A stretch of 64,000 nt of DNA. Source: Macrostomum lignano (taxonomy: Eukaryota). Within the stretch, counting starts at the first letter, position 1, and every line of letters begins with the position of its first letter. The stretch is from NCBI GenBank assembly GCA_002269645.1, contig NIVC01001445.1:124001-188000 (forward strand), read 5' to 3'. Under the pieces are notes generated by a model. The model was given only the letters and a program-made list of their open reading frames with translations, searched no databases and was not told the DNA's origin. Below, piece by piece: positions 24,681 through 38,991 of this stretch. The position numbers were made by a program, and so were the translations under genes.

Positions 24681-26609
24681 CTCTCGCCTTTATGCTCCCC
24701 CGGTTCACCCTTCTACCTGCACTCTGATCCTGGCGCTCCCCCTAAATCTCACCTAAAACCCGCCACCTCAGCCCCACTCCTATTCCATCTAGTCGCAGTC
24801 CTCCAGGCTACCCGCCCCTCCCCCTCTTTGCGCTCTCAGACCCGCTTCAATTCGCGCACAAATTGCAATTCGCCAAGAATTTGGAGTCAGAAAAAGCAAC
24901 AGCAGAAGAACCGCAGAGGAAAAGCCGAAATGCAAAGAAGCGCACAGGCCATGCCATTAAAATTGTCTTCCATTAATTCAAGCAACATGGAAGAGGCTGG
25001 GGAGGAGGGTCTGGCGGAGATCCGAGCCGCATCATGATACTCGATATCGACTTCTGCATCCCGCTGCCCAACTGGCCCAGCTTCTCTGTGCTTCATCCTC
25101 TCCGCCCTGCTCTTGCTTGTCTTCCCTGGCGTCCAGCTCGGGCCTCGAGCCCTTGGCAGCAGCGCATGGGAAAGGCAAATGAGATTCGGGCAAGGTTGAA
25201 AGTAAGAAAAAGAAGCAAAATTGAAGCCAGCCTGGAGTCCCTCAGCTCTTCTGTTGTTCTCTCCTGGTTTTGCCTGCCGCTTGTTTATCTCTTTTGCCCC
25301 TAGAGGAAGCTGCAAACAGAAATTATATGGCTCACGGGAAATTGAAATTATACTGCTCGTACTGAGCCGTGGACTCAGAAACGAAAACTGAGAACCTGGA
25401 CTGGAGACCGCATTAGACTGGACCATATTGTGCATGCTTATAGATATCGGGCTGAGCCATGGACTACCTAACGCTGAGAAATTAGACTGGAAACAGCTGA
25501 CTTTTCCTGATGCCCCCTGCAGTTTATAGGGATCCATGACAGGCTGCTGAAACCTACAGAGAAAGAAACATTTTTGTATCAAGCAAACTGTCATCTTCAG
25601 GCAGATGCTCGCCTAAATTTCAGTAGCTCAATCTGCTTGTCTAAATTTCTTTCGCATTTCTGCTTCTGAAAGCCATCATGGAGCTCTGGACTATGAAATC
25701 TGGTTTGGAAAGCTTGCCAGCATAATTTCATGTAAAACTAGCTGATGTGTTCCAGATTTAAAAAAGTTTCCAATCCAGACAACTAGAGCTCTGATAGTCC
25801 ATGGCTATTCGGTCCTGGCAAACAGACTTTTTTCTTCTTTCATTCCTTCTCGCCGGGGAACCGCCGGCCGGATGCCAAAATGCGCGCTGCCGGCACCAGA
25901 GACCAGGGGGGGGGGAGAGGGGAACAGAGGGAGGCGGGGCGCCCAGCTGACAAGCCCAAGATTTAATATTTATCAAATGCAAACCCGGGCATCGGCACTG
26001 GGAAAGCTTCACGGGGGGGGGGGTAGAGGAGCAGGAGGAGGATGAAGAGCGGATGCTGGGGTGTGCTGGGTGAGGCTGCCAGTGCAGTGGGGTCTTCTGC
26101 TTTTATTAAGATGGCCCCGGGCCTCGGCCCTCCTCTCTCCGATTTCCAATCCATCCATCACTTAGAAGGTCCTCCCACTTTCGAAATTCATTCATCCCCT
26201 GATGCCTGACCCCCCCCCCTATTCTCTTCCGCTCAGCAGCCCCGCTCTCTCCCGCATTGCCGCGACAACCCCCCACCCCCAAACGGCGAGACAGTCGCTT
26301 TGTCATCAGTGGTCCGGCGCTGCTGCATGGTGGCAGCCTTTGGCGAAGTCGTCTTGAAATCGACGCGTCTCGCTTTGTCTTGCTAGCATTCTGGTCTTCA
26401 AGAATGGGGCCGGGCGGACACGGGGACGCTGTTGATGACAGATCGAGCTGTATTGTTGTCTTTTCGCAGTTCAGGACCGAGCCAAGCATTTTGGCGAACG
26501 TTCTGGCTTGGAACAGTCTGGCTTTAAGCGGCCACCAGCTTGGCTGGAAAAGGGCGTGAGAGCTGCGCTGGTTCTTGTGAGCGGTTGGGTAAAAGCCATG
26601 TGAGGAGAT

Positions 26610-26830
26610 TGCGGATCAGAGAGCGGATCAGAGAGCGGAGGAGAGAGCGGAAGAGATAGCGGATCATAGAGCGGAGGGGAGAGTGGATCAGAGGGCGGAT
26701 CAGAGAGCGGATCAGAGAGCGGAGGAGATAGCGAATCAGAGAGCGAAGGAGAGAGCGGAGGAGATAGCGGATTAGAGAGCGGAGGGGAGAGTGGATCAGA
26801 AGGCGGATCAGAGAGCGGAGGGGAGAGTGG
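26610..26830. repeat. 12-bp repeat (GAGAGCGGATCA and variants)
   Basis: Direct reading. Confidence 0.88.
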
Positions 26831-27269
26831 AGCGGAGAAGATGAGAGCGGTAGGGATGCAATTCAAGGCGAAATAGACGCAGTGAAGTCTAAGAAATGCG
26901 CAGAAGGCGATGCCAATCGAAATCCCACCGGAAATCACGGGAGTGCTCACCAGCTGGCAGCTCTGCAGACACCTTGGAGGCTGCTGGATATCTCCATCCC
27001 GACTATCTCTCCAAGCCTCAGTCCGTGGGAGTCCCTCGAGACTTCGGGCCTTCTATCTCTCAAAATATTGGAAATTTTCCAAAGCTTTCCATCAGAAGCG
27101 CTGGGTGTAAATTATTCAGCCAAGTATGCGGATAAATCCCGGATATTGCTCAGCTTTGTGCCTCATCCAGGCAGCAGTCTGCGCAACAGTGGCTGTAATT
27201 CATTATTTACAATTGGATTATTGAGGCACACGGTGCACCTAACTGACAGGTGGCCGCCATGGATTCGCC

Positions 27270-27545
27270 ATGGGGGGCGCAGAGCAGCTCTGCAGCAAAC
27301 GCGTTTGACTCTTGGCGCCCAAGGTCCCTGGTTCGAATCCGTGAGCGGCAAAATTCATTTGGGTTGTGTGCATGAAAATTGGGGTTGGGGTTGTACACTT
27401 GTAGTGCAATTCACACCCGTGAGGACCGACTCTCAAGGCACCGAGGGAGTACATGGCTGACGATTAGAAGTATTGGGGCGCTTGCATGCGCCCAGGAGTC
27501 AGCGGAATGGGCAGAATTGCCGCCAACGCTCGTTGTGAGTATTTC
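27270..27545 (+). mobile_element. tRNA-derived SINE-like element (3' boundary uncertain)
   Basis: Perfect B-box GGTTCGAATCC at 27330-27340, preceded by CAGCTCTGCAGCAAACGCGTTTGACT resembling a tRNA D-arm and anticodon arm; no complete cloverleaf seen. Confidence 0.5.
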
Positions 27546-27555
27546 GGGATGGATT

Positions 27556-28336
27556 GGGGTATTTCGGGGATGGGGTATTTCGGGGATGGGGTATTTCGGG
27601 GATGGGGTATTTCGGAGATGGGGTATTTCGGAGATGGGGTATTTCGGAGATGGGGCATTTCGGGGATGGGGTATTTCGGGGATGGGGTATTTCGGAGATG
27701 GGGTATTTCGGGGATGGGGTATTTCGGAGATGGGGTATTTCGGGGATGGGGTATTTCGGAGATGGGGTATTTCGGGGATGGGGTATTTAGGGGATCGGGT
27801 ATTTCGGGGATGGGGTATTTCGGAGATGGGGTATTTCGGGGATGGGGTATTTAGGGGATAGGGTATTTCGGGGATGGGGTATTTCGGAGATGGGGTATTT
27901 CGGGGATGGGGTATTTCGGGGATGAGGTATTTCGGGGATGGGGTATTTAGGGGATGGGGTATTTAGGGGATGGGGTATTTAGGGGATGGGGTATTTCAGG
28001 GATGGGGTATTTCGGGGATGGGGTATTTCGGGGATGGGGTATTTAGGGGATAGGGTATTTAGGGGATAGGGTATTTAGGGGATGGGGTATTTAGGGGATA
28101 GGGTATTTAGGGGATGGGGTATTTCGGAGATGGGGTATTTCGGGGATGGGGTATTTCGGGGATGAGGTATTTAGGGGATGGGGTATTTAGGGGATGGGGT
28201 ATTTAGGGGATGGGGTATTTAGGGGATGGGGTATTTAGGGGATGGGGTATTTAGGGGATGGGGTATTTCGGGGATGGGGTATTTAGGGGATGGGCTATTT
28301 TTGGGATGGGGTATTTAGAGGATGGGGTATTTAGGG
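27556..28336. repeat. 16-bp G-rich minisatellite (GGGGTATTTCGGGGAT), about 49 copies
   Basis: Direct reading. Confidence 0.97.
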
Positions 28337-29354
28337 ATGGTTGATGATGCACTTAATATCCTGCAATTTCAGCGAGCTGTGAGAGAGGACAGGTCAAATT
28401 TCCATCAAAACACAATCAAATTAACAAATCTAGTTTTCACCTGTCAGCCCAGCCGTGATGTTAAACCAGCTCTCAGCACTGCAATGGCAGGGGAACCTGG
28501 GCGCCCAGCCAACCAGAAATCGGCCCACTCGCTCTTCCAGAGCGCACCAGCCAGTCAGAGGCTGTCAGCCCCCCCCCCCCCCCCAGGCTACTCGACTTCA
28601 GCTGGTCCGGGGCTTTTCTCCCAGCCCCGACAACAGCGGCCTCGAACTCGAACTCCCCTCCTCGGCCTACCGAAATCCCATCGGCCGAATTGCAACGGGC
28701 AGCCATCTGAGCCCGAGCTGCAGCTTCCAGCTGCTTCTGCTTATCTGCATCCGGTGTGCTCAGCCAGGGCGGTCTGTCCCTCGGCCTCCCGGACCAGCCC
28801 CAGATATTTCTCCTGCCCCACTCGGCCGCCCTTATCTGCACTGCCGGCCGGCTTACAGACAGACTCGGACAGGCTCAGAATCCCCCTGCAGCATCGGATC
28901 GGACACCGTCTGGGCCGCGCAGGCATTTCGGCCACCAACGAGTTGAACTGCTTCACTTCGGCTTCAGGTAAGAGACTCGGCCACTTTTGCACCTGCCGGA
29001 CAGTCCCCGGCCTCTCGCCAAAGTCGGAACTGAAATTACAAATTTTACAACTGCGCAACACCACAACTTGGTGAAGGGGGATTCATGTTTAGGGCAGCGG
29101 CGAGGAAAGTTGCTTCCGCTTTGCCGCCGGTGCGCGCGGGGTGACAGGGCCAGGGAATGATGAGGCATCCCCAGCATCCGCCAGAGCCCGTTCCTCCCTG
29201 ACTGTGCGACATGCCATAACGGCTGCAACGCCCGCCCGCTGCCAATCTCGGCTTCATGCTGGCTGAAGGGGCCACAGGGGTATAAAGTGGATTCGGCAGA
29301 GGTCAAGCAGGGGGTGCTGAGACAGCTTGTCTACTGATCTGCCTGTGTCCTTTG

Positions 29355-29637
<283 letters not shown>

Positions 29638-30020
29638 AGTTTCCTTGGTGCAGCAAAGAGCGGTTTTTTAAAATATCTATCAATTTTAACAAAAATCTGA
29701 GTTGGTTATAATTTTACAAACTTTGTAGTTTGCTTAAATCGGCATTACATTATCTAGGGTATACAAGAGGGCTATTATTTTAAATCTAAACTTTTTAGAG
29801 TCATTTATTATCAACCAAATGATCCCAGTTCCGTCTGGGGTCGCCATTAACAGCTGCGGATGCTCAGGGCATCGGCAGGCCATTTATCAGTGGGAGAAGC
29901 CCGCAGCGGTGGCAATTAGCCGCAATCTGCAGCGGGTCTCAGCACTGAGTTAAGCAGATCCGCTGCGCCCACGGATTAATGAGCACTGCCTTGGTTGGTC
30001 TGTTCTTCTCTGACTCTTAA

Positions 30021-30183
<163 letters not shown>

Positions 30184-31198
30184 TAGCGCCTTGGCTCTCC
30201 TTAACTCGCCTGTAAATCGCATCTATCAGCTGTTTTCCTTTGTTAATTTTTCCTGGAGTCCTGGAGAAGCTACAGAGAAAGTCAGAGACTGAACTTCATG
30301 CGCTGACTGAGAGAGACTGCAGTTCCCGATGAAGAATAGTCCTCTCCATCCCCATTTATCCCAGAGCATCGCAGAGCTCAGGCAACAGAGAACTGGCGAA
30401 TTTCTTGCCCCCGGGCCTCCAGGCGGTCTCTCAAGAGATCCCGGCGGTTCGAGGCCTCATCTCGGCAGAGATTATCCGATCCAGCGGCCGGCTTCTCAGG
30501 CCGGCAGCTGCTCAGACGACTTAAGCTCCACAGTTTTTGGCGGCTTCGCCTCCTCCAGGAGCGAAGTTTTTCCCGGCCCTCGGAAAGTGTCGCAAACAGC
30601 CTCCCAATTCCCCTTATCCCCAAGCTCGGCCGCATCGATTATCTCAGCCTCCCAGGAGTTCCGCTCCCCGGCCCTGTTAGTTACACATTTTTTGTCGGCG
30701 GCAGCTGTCAGCAGCTCGGCGGCGAGTTCGGGAGTCTGGGAGGACAGGCCGATCCTCGCAGAGATGCTTCATCATTTTGCCGAGAAACTGAGAGGGGGAG
30801 GGGGCAATTTTCTCCAGCTGTTGCTCGAGTCCCGGTGATGCATCGGGATCAAGATCGAGAGATATGAGCTCTCGAGAGAATGCTGTCTGGTCCGCGGGAA
30901 AGTCTACTATTGCCGATATGTAGCGCAAATTACTTTTCTAAGCATGAATTTGACAGAAGACTGATGGGATGTCAAATGATGTATTTTGTTTGGGAAAATT
31001 GGGTTTGGGACAACGCTCCCTAGGTCTGCCTCCCCATCCTGTGATGAATCGGGATCAGAGCTTCTGAAAGCGATTTCGGGAAGTTAAAATAATTTTATCA
31101 GTTAATCTGGCCAACTATGCAGATTTACATGTATGTACAACAACTTATATTTTAAAGGTGTAATATGGATTACAGATCCTTGCATTTTTTGTACAAAT

Positions 31199-31392
31199 TT
31201 AGTCACTCTAACTGCCATATCTAGTCACTCTAACTGTCCATATCTAGTCACTCTAACTGCCATATCTAGTCACTCTAACTGTCCATATCTAGTCACTCTA
31301 ACTGCCCATATCTAGTCACTCTAATTGTTCATATTTAGTCACTCTGATTGTCCATATCTAGTCACTCTAATTGTCAATATCTAGTCACTCTA
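31199..31392. repeat. 22-23-bp minisatellite (CTAGTCACTCTAACTGTCCATAT)
   Basis: About 8 copies; reverse-complement relative of the arrays at 31862 and 33258. Confidence 0.92.
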
Positions 31393-31402
31393 ACGGGTCG
31401 CC

Positions 31403-31539
31403 ATCACAAACCCGAAATATCACAAAACCCGATATATCATAAACCCGAAAACCAAAATAGCGTTAAGCGTTGCCAACACTTTCGGAGTTATGATATTTCG
31501 GGTTTGTGATATTTCGGGTTTATGATATTTTGGGTTTGT
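31403..31539. mobile_element. Small foldback (MITE-like) element with arms of three 16-bp subunits
   Basis: About 3 copies of ATCACAAACCCGAAAT on the left, about 3 copies of TGATATTTCGGGTTTG on the right, spacer about 40 nt; no TSD found. Confidence 0.55.
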
Positions 31540-31861
31540 TCGGGCCAGTCCAGGGTAACAACTGACGCAAATGCCGCATATATTTGTAAATCTATAGAAT
31601 TTCTTCCAGCTAAAATCTGATAGCAGCCCAATTCTCGGTCAAACACACGCGATGCAGTTGCAGGTCCCATTGTCCCATGTTTGCTCTGCCCAAATATGGC
31701 TCTGCAGTTGTGCGCACGCTGCAGATTTTGTACCTGTTTAGGGGAAATCTTAAAGACAGACAGTTATTCCGAGGTAGTAGTTTTGCAGTAATGTTTTTGA
31801 TTAATTTTGGATTAGTTAGCTCCGCATTAAATGATTGAGAATGGATTTTAATTCATATAAA

Positions 31862-32835
31862 AAGTGACTAGATACGGTAGAATAGTGACTAGATACTGTA
31901 GGATAGAGTGACTAGACACTGTAGGATAGAGAGACTAGATACGGTAGAATAGAGTGACTAGATACTGTAGGATAGAGTGACTAGATACTGTAGGATACAG
32001 TGACTAGACACTGTAGGTTAGAGTGACTAGTTACTGTAGGATAGAGTGACTAGATACTGTAGGATAGAGTGACTAGATACTGTAGGATACAGTGACTAGA
32101 CACTGTAGGTTAGAGTGACTAGTTACTGTAGGATAGAGTGACTAGATACTGTAGGATAGTGTGACTAGACACTGTAGGATAGAGTGACTAGATACTGTAG
32201 GATAGAGTGACTAGATACTGTAGGATAGAGTGACTAGATACTGTAGGATAGAGTGACTAGATACTGTAGGATAGAGTGACTAGATAATGTAGGATTGAAT
32301 GAATAGAGTACACAACAAGAGTGACGAGATACACAACCAGAGTGACTAGATACTGTAGGATAGAGTGACTAGATACTGTAGGATAGAGTGACTAGATACT
32401 GTAGGATAGAGTGACTAGATACTGTAGGATAGAGTGACTAGATAATGTAGGATTGAATGAATAGAGTACACAACAAGAGTGACGAGATACACAACCAGAG
32501 TGACTAGATACTGTAGGATAGAGTGACTAGATACTGTAGGATAGAGTGACTAGATACTGTAGGATAGAGTGACTAGATACTGTAGGATAGAGTGACTAGA
32601 TAATGTAGGATTGAATGAATAGAGTACACAACAAGAGTGACGAGATACACAACCAGAGTGACTAGATACTGTAGGATAGAGTGACTAGATACTGTAGGAT
32701 AGAGTGACTAGATACTGTAGGATAGAGTGACTAGATAATGTAGGATTGAATGAATAGAGTACACAACAAGAGTGACGAGATACACAACCAGAGTGACCAG
32801 ATACATAACCAGAGTGACCAGCTATATAGACAGAG
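31862..32835. repeat. 23-bp minisatellite (AGAGTGACTAGATACTGTAGGAT) with a 158-bp higher-order repeat
   Basis: Marker GATAATGTAGGATTGAATG at 32283, 32441, 32599 and 32734. Confidence 0.95.
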
Positions 32836-32892
32836 TGATCAGACAGCCGCAACAAAGCGTCACGCCCCTCCTCCCCACCGCAGGCGGCAGCC

Positions 32893-33199
32893 ATGAATTT
32901 CGACTTCTTCCTGAAGGTGAACCAGTTCCGGGTGAGCTTCGGCCAGTACGCCGCGGCCGAGGACTTCATCGACGTCCTGAACTACATGATCACGCCCACC
33001 ATTCTGATATTCTTTGCCGGAATATCCGCCACCAAGCAGTACCTGTTCACACCCATCCAGTGCTGGACGCTCAAGGAGACCGAGGGCTCTCAACGAATGG
33101 AGTACATTGAGAACCTGTGCTGGATTGAGAACATGTACTACTGGCCCATGGGCGAGACGCTGACAATGGACTCGAGCAAGAAGAAAGAGAGAACAATTT
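32893..33199 (+). CDS. inx: Innexin, coding exon 1 of join(32893..33199,38992..40184), 499 aa
   Basis: EDFIDVLNYMITPTILIFF (TM1), KQYLFTPIQCWT and YIENLCWIENMYY with the two loop-1 cysteines; GTGAGT donor at 33200, phase 1. Confidence 0.95.
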
Positions 33200-33257
33200 G
33201 TGAGTAGTTGCCAAGCTATTTACGGGTAAATTAACTTTACATTATTTGAGTGCCTTG

Positions 33258-34250
33258 AGCTAATAGAGACTAGATATTTGAGCTGATAGTGAGTAGATAT
33301 TTGAGATAATAGAGACTAGATATTTGAGCTGATAGTGAGTAGATATTTGAGATAATAGTGACTTGATATTTTAGCTGATAGTGAGTAGATATTTGAGCTA
33401 ATAGTGACTTGATATTTTAGCTGATAGTGAGTAGATATTTGAGATAATAGTGACTAGATATTTGAGCTAATAGTGAGTAGATATTTGAGCTAATACTGAC
33501 TAGATATTTTAGCTAATAGTGAGTAGATATTTGATATAAAAGTGACTAGATATTTTAGCTGATAGTGAGTAGATATTTGAGATAATAGTGACTAGATATT
33601 TGAGCTAATAGTGAGTAGATATTTGAGCTAATACTGACTAGATATTTTAGCTAATAGTGAGTAGATATTTGAGATAAAAGTGACTTGATATTTTAGCTGA
33701 TAGTGAGTAGATATTTGAGATAATAGTGACTAGATATTTTAGCTGATAGTGAGTAGATATATGAGATAATAGTGACTAGATATTTGAGCTGATAGTGAGT
33801 AGATATTTGAGATAATAGTGACTTGATATTTTAGCTGATAGTGAGTGGATATTTGAGATAAAAGTGACTAGATATTTTAGCTGATAGTGAGTAGATATTT
33901 GAGATAATAGTGACTAGATATTTGAGCTAATAGTGAGTAGATATTTGAGCTAATACTGACTAGATATTTTAGCTAATAGTGAGTAGATATTTGAGCTAAT
34001 ACTGACTAGATATTTTAGCTAATAGTGAGTAGATATTTGAGCTAATACTGACTAGATATTTTAGCTAATAGTGAGTAGATATTTGAGATAATAGTGACTT
34101 GATATTTTAGCTGATAGTGAGTAGATATTTGAGATAATAGTGACTAGATATTTTAGCTGATAGTGAGTAGATATATGAGATAATAGTGACTAGATATTTG
34201 AGCTGATAGTGAGTAGATATTTGACCTAATAGTGACTAGATATTTGAGCT
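33258..34250. repeat. 23-bp (46-bp dimeric) minisatellite AGTGACTAGATATTTTAGCTGAT / AGTGAGTAGATATTTGAGATAAT in innexin intron 1
   Basis: Direct reading. Confidence 0.95.
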
Positions 34251-34845
34251 ATTCTCCCAGGCTCCGTGAGACCAATATAAACAGAAATATTTGGTTCCCT
34301 TTATTCCATCATTCATCACGCCGATAGAAAATAGTCTATTCATAGAGATGGAGCTCGCGCAGAGAGGGATGGAGACTGAGAGGCTCAAGAATCGCTTTTG
34401 ACGCGCTGAGAAACCTGCTCTCCCAGCTGCGCATTAACCCAGCAGCCCCTCGAGGCACCATTAGCACTGGAGGGAGGCTGGAGCTGCTGAGACTCGTTCG
34501 ACGCTGCTGTGTACCAGAAAATTGCATTAGCTCAGCTCTCGGCTTAGGCTAAGGACCCCCCCCCCCAGCAACCACAGACACCCCTTCCTGCGCCCCATGA
34601 GAGCACTGGGGACTGCTTGAAGCTGCCTAAAGGGCTTCCGCAAACTGTCTGGGCGACAGTGTTAAAGCAGTGTGAAAGGAAAGCTCTGGAAGGAGTTTTG
34701 GGGCATTTGAGTTGCTGAGGGTGTAATTATAGGTTGTAGGCTGGGGTTGCAAAAGGATTTGATGCTTGTTGTTGGTGCTGTAATTATGAGGCTGAACAAC
34801 TCGGATGGATAAGATGGATTGTAGTTACAGAACGGCGAGAAAGAG

Positions 34846-36138
<1,293 letters not shown>

Positions 36139-36829
36139 GCCACAGAGACCCAATAGCGCCTGCGTGCAGCCACCGAGCAAGCAGCGGAGCTCAGGAATCG
36201 ACAGAAACCGGAGCCGAAAGCGCCGCAGACCCAGGGGGATAAGTAGGGGGGGGGATAAGTAGGGGGGGGGATAAGTAGCGGGTCGAGCTCGCCAGCTCCA
36301 GCCATTTCAGCAGCGCAATTCCGAGGCGCTTGCGCCATCACGAGGGGAATTATCATTTAGTTTTTTCTCCTGAGAGCAGCTTCGGCATAAAAACAGTCGA
36401 GTAGACGCGGCTGCATCCGGGCGGAGGCTGCAGCTCGCTTGAGACAGCTCAGAACCCCCCTCCCGATCGCCCGGCCGTGTCTGGGAACCGGGTTTCCAGA
36501 CAGGCAGCCGCCGCGGCCAAGTGTGGACAAAATCGTCCAGCAAGCGCGCTGCATTGGCGCATGAAGGCCTCGGCTAACGACAGCAGATGCAGATGAGAAA
36601 CTGCTCAATATCCTGGGGATTTATCAATGGAAGAAACTCGAAATTCTAGTTAACTTGGAGAATTATCGGAATACATGTATATAAAGTTCACAAACAAAAG
36701 TTAGAAATATGATTACCATAAGAGTTTTTGGTCACAACAGAAAACTCTGACAGTCGAGAGGAGAATAGACAAGAGAAAAAAGGACAAGAATGCTAAGAAT
36801 GATAAGTAGTAATGTGACAGAAAGTAAAC

Positions 36830-37130
36830 GAAGGGAAGGGGGAGAAAAGAGAGGAGGGGAGGGAGAATAGAGAGGAGGGGAAGGAGAGAAGAGAGGGGGG
36901 AGGGAGAAAAGAGAGGAGGGAAGGAGAGAAGAGAGGGGGGAGGGAGAAGAGAGGAGGGGAGAGAGAAGAGAGGAGGGAAGGAGAGAAGAGAGCAGGGGAA
37001 GGAGAAGGGAGGAGGGGAGGGAGAGAAGAGAAGAGAGGAGAGGAAGGAGAGAAGAGAGGAGGCGAGGGAGAGAAGAGAAGAGAGGAGAGGAAGGAGAGAA
37101 GAGAGGAGGCGAGGGAGAGAAGAGAAGAGG
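36830..37130. repeat. Polypurine (GA-rich) low-complexity tract
   Basis: Direct reading. Confidence 0.9.
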
Positions 37131-38991
37131 GGTTAAAACACCGAGAAGCAAGCAACGAAGAATCCAAGAGCAAAACAAAAGCAGACAAAAATGCAAGCAA
37201 ACGCACACCAAACAAGATGCACTGAGCTTGAATTTTGAGCATCTTCAGTCCAGAGCAAAGCTCAAACTTGGGAACTCGCCAAGATTATTGGTGACTTGTC
37301 ATGCTCAGCAATGGAGAGAAGGCATGACGCAGAATTTATTAAAACAGAATATATATGCACACAATATGCATATTGCTTTACAAAATCAATAACCTCCGCC
37401 CACCACTGGATTGCAATGTCAACAGCTGCAGACTTGCCAGCCCTCGCTGCAGCAGTTGGATGTTGATTTTGGCCTTGGCGACATCTGCCTGAGGAGCGAC
37501 CGGCTGTGTGTGTGTGTGTGCGTGTGCTTGATTTCGAATCCGACTCCGATAATACGAGCGTATGGCCGGGCCTCGCCGCCAATGCTCGGACGGCCCCCAG
37601 ACAAAATCTGAAAGCATTCAAAGGCGAGAAATTTCAAAACTGCCAGGGGGTCGGAGGGGTGGGGGGAGCCCGATCCACACGGCTTCCCACTCATCAAAAT
37701 CTCCCCTCCCCGACCCCAGCCCTGACATTTCGACACCTTTCGCGGCGCGCGAAGACCTAGCAAGATGCTGGGAGAGGTGGCTTGCGCCTCATCAAATTCT
37801 CCCGCAGTCAGACTCTGGGAATCACGGGGGCTGCCAGCCTCTCGAACCCCCGGGCTTTTGTGTCGAATCTGCGCCGTTGAAAAGTGAAATGAAAGCAGCC
37901 CGGAATAGAGAGGGAGAGAGAGACAGACAGCAGAATGAAAACAGGGATGAAGTGGTGAAACAAGGGAGTGGGGGGGGGGTGCGGCCAAGAAGTCAGGAAA
38001 ATTGGGCGCCGAAAATTGGGGGGCTTTTTGCGTGCCGCAAATGACGTAGAAGTTTCTTTAAAAAAGTAAGAAGAATCAAAGAACTTTTAATGACTCGCAA
38101 GTGTTTTTTTGACTGCACAAAATTGCTGCTTTGGCGGCCCGTGATGAGTTCATAAAGTTGCCTAAAGGTCCATGACACACCTGGAAATAGTTTTGTGGTT
38201 CATAACACACTGGAGAGTATTTTTGTGATCCATGACACTACTGAGAGCAGTTTAGAGGTTTATTACTCACGTGTGACTACGGAAGTAGTTTCGTGATATA
38301 CGACACAACAGGAACGTATAGTTTAGTTATCCATGACACAACTAAGAGTACTTTAGTGGTCTATGACACACATGAGTAGTTTAGTGATTCGCCTGAGAGC
38401 TCATTAGCCCATGATTTGTAGTTCATGAGATGCATGCAAATAGTTTAGTGGTCTTGTTGTGTTGTGGCAAGGAGCCCTTAAAAGGGCCGTTTTACTAAAT
38501 AACTAAAGGGATATTTTTTTCTTACTACTCTACTGTAAGTAGGCGTCACCGTAAATGTGATGCAAACAATTAATACCTTTTCTTGCTAGCAAATTTATCG
38601 ATCGCCTATTAATTAATGGTTGGATGCATGGTTGGATAAGCGCGGGTTGTCCTAAGTGGAGCGTACGCTCGCACTCTTTTTGGCTGAATTCTACTTGCCT
38701 AATTACTCGCGGCTTTCCTGTGTTGGTCTATCGAGACACCACGGGTCTATGAAAATAACAAAAGTACTTTAGTGGCTGGCTAATTGTCGCAACAAGTACT
38801 GAAAATATCAAACAAAAATCAATTCCATTTTATTTTGAATTTCTGTCACATTGATCATGCAGCAATGTCTCAGTTGTCTTCGAATAGTTTTAATCGAACG
38901 AGAAATCAATAAAGTACTTACTGGCTTACTGGGAGGAGGTTCAGCGGTCCTTGGACAGACTGGGGAACGCCCACCCCGCGCCGTCCCGCAG

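Noticed and set aside
28322-29306. 250-aa and overlapping GC-rich ORFs
   Set aside because: Open in several frames because of high GC, with Pro/Ser/Arg-rich composition; more consistent with promoter or UTR sequence.
30329-30838. 169-aa ORF
   Set aside because: No motifs and no codon bias; cannot be supported.
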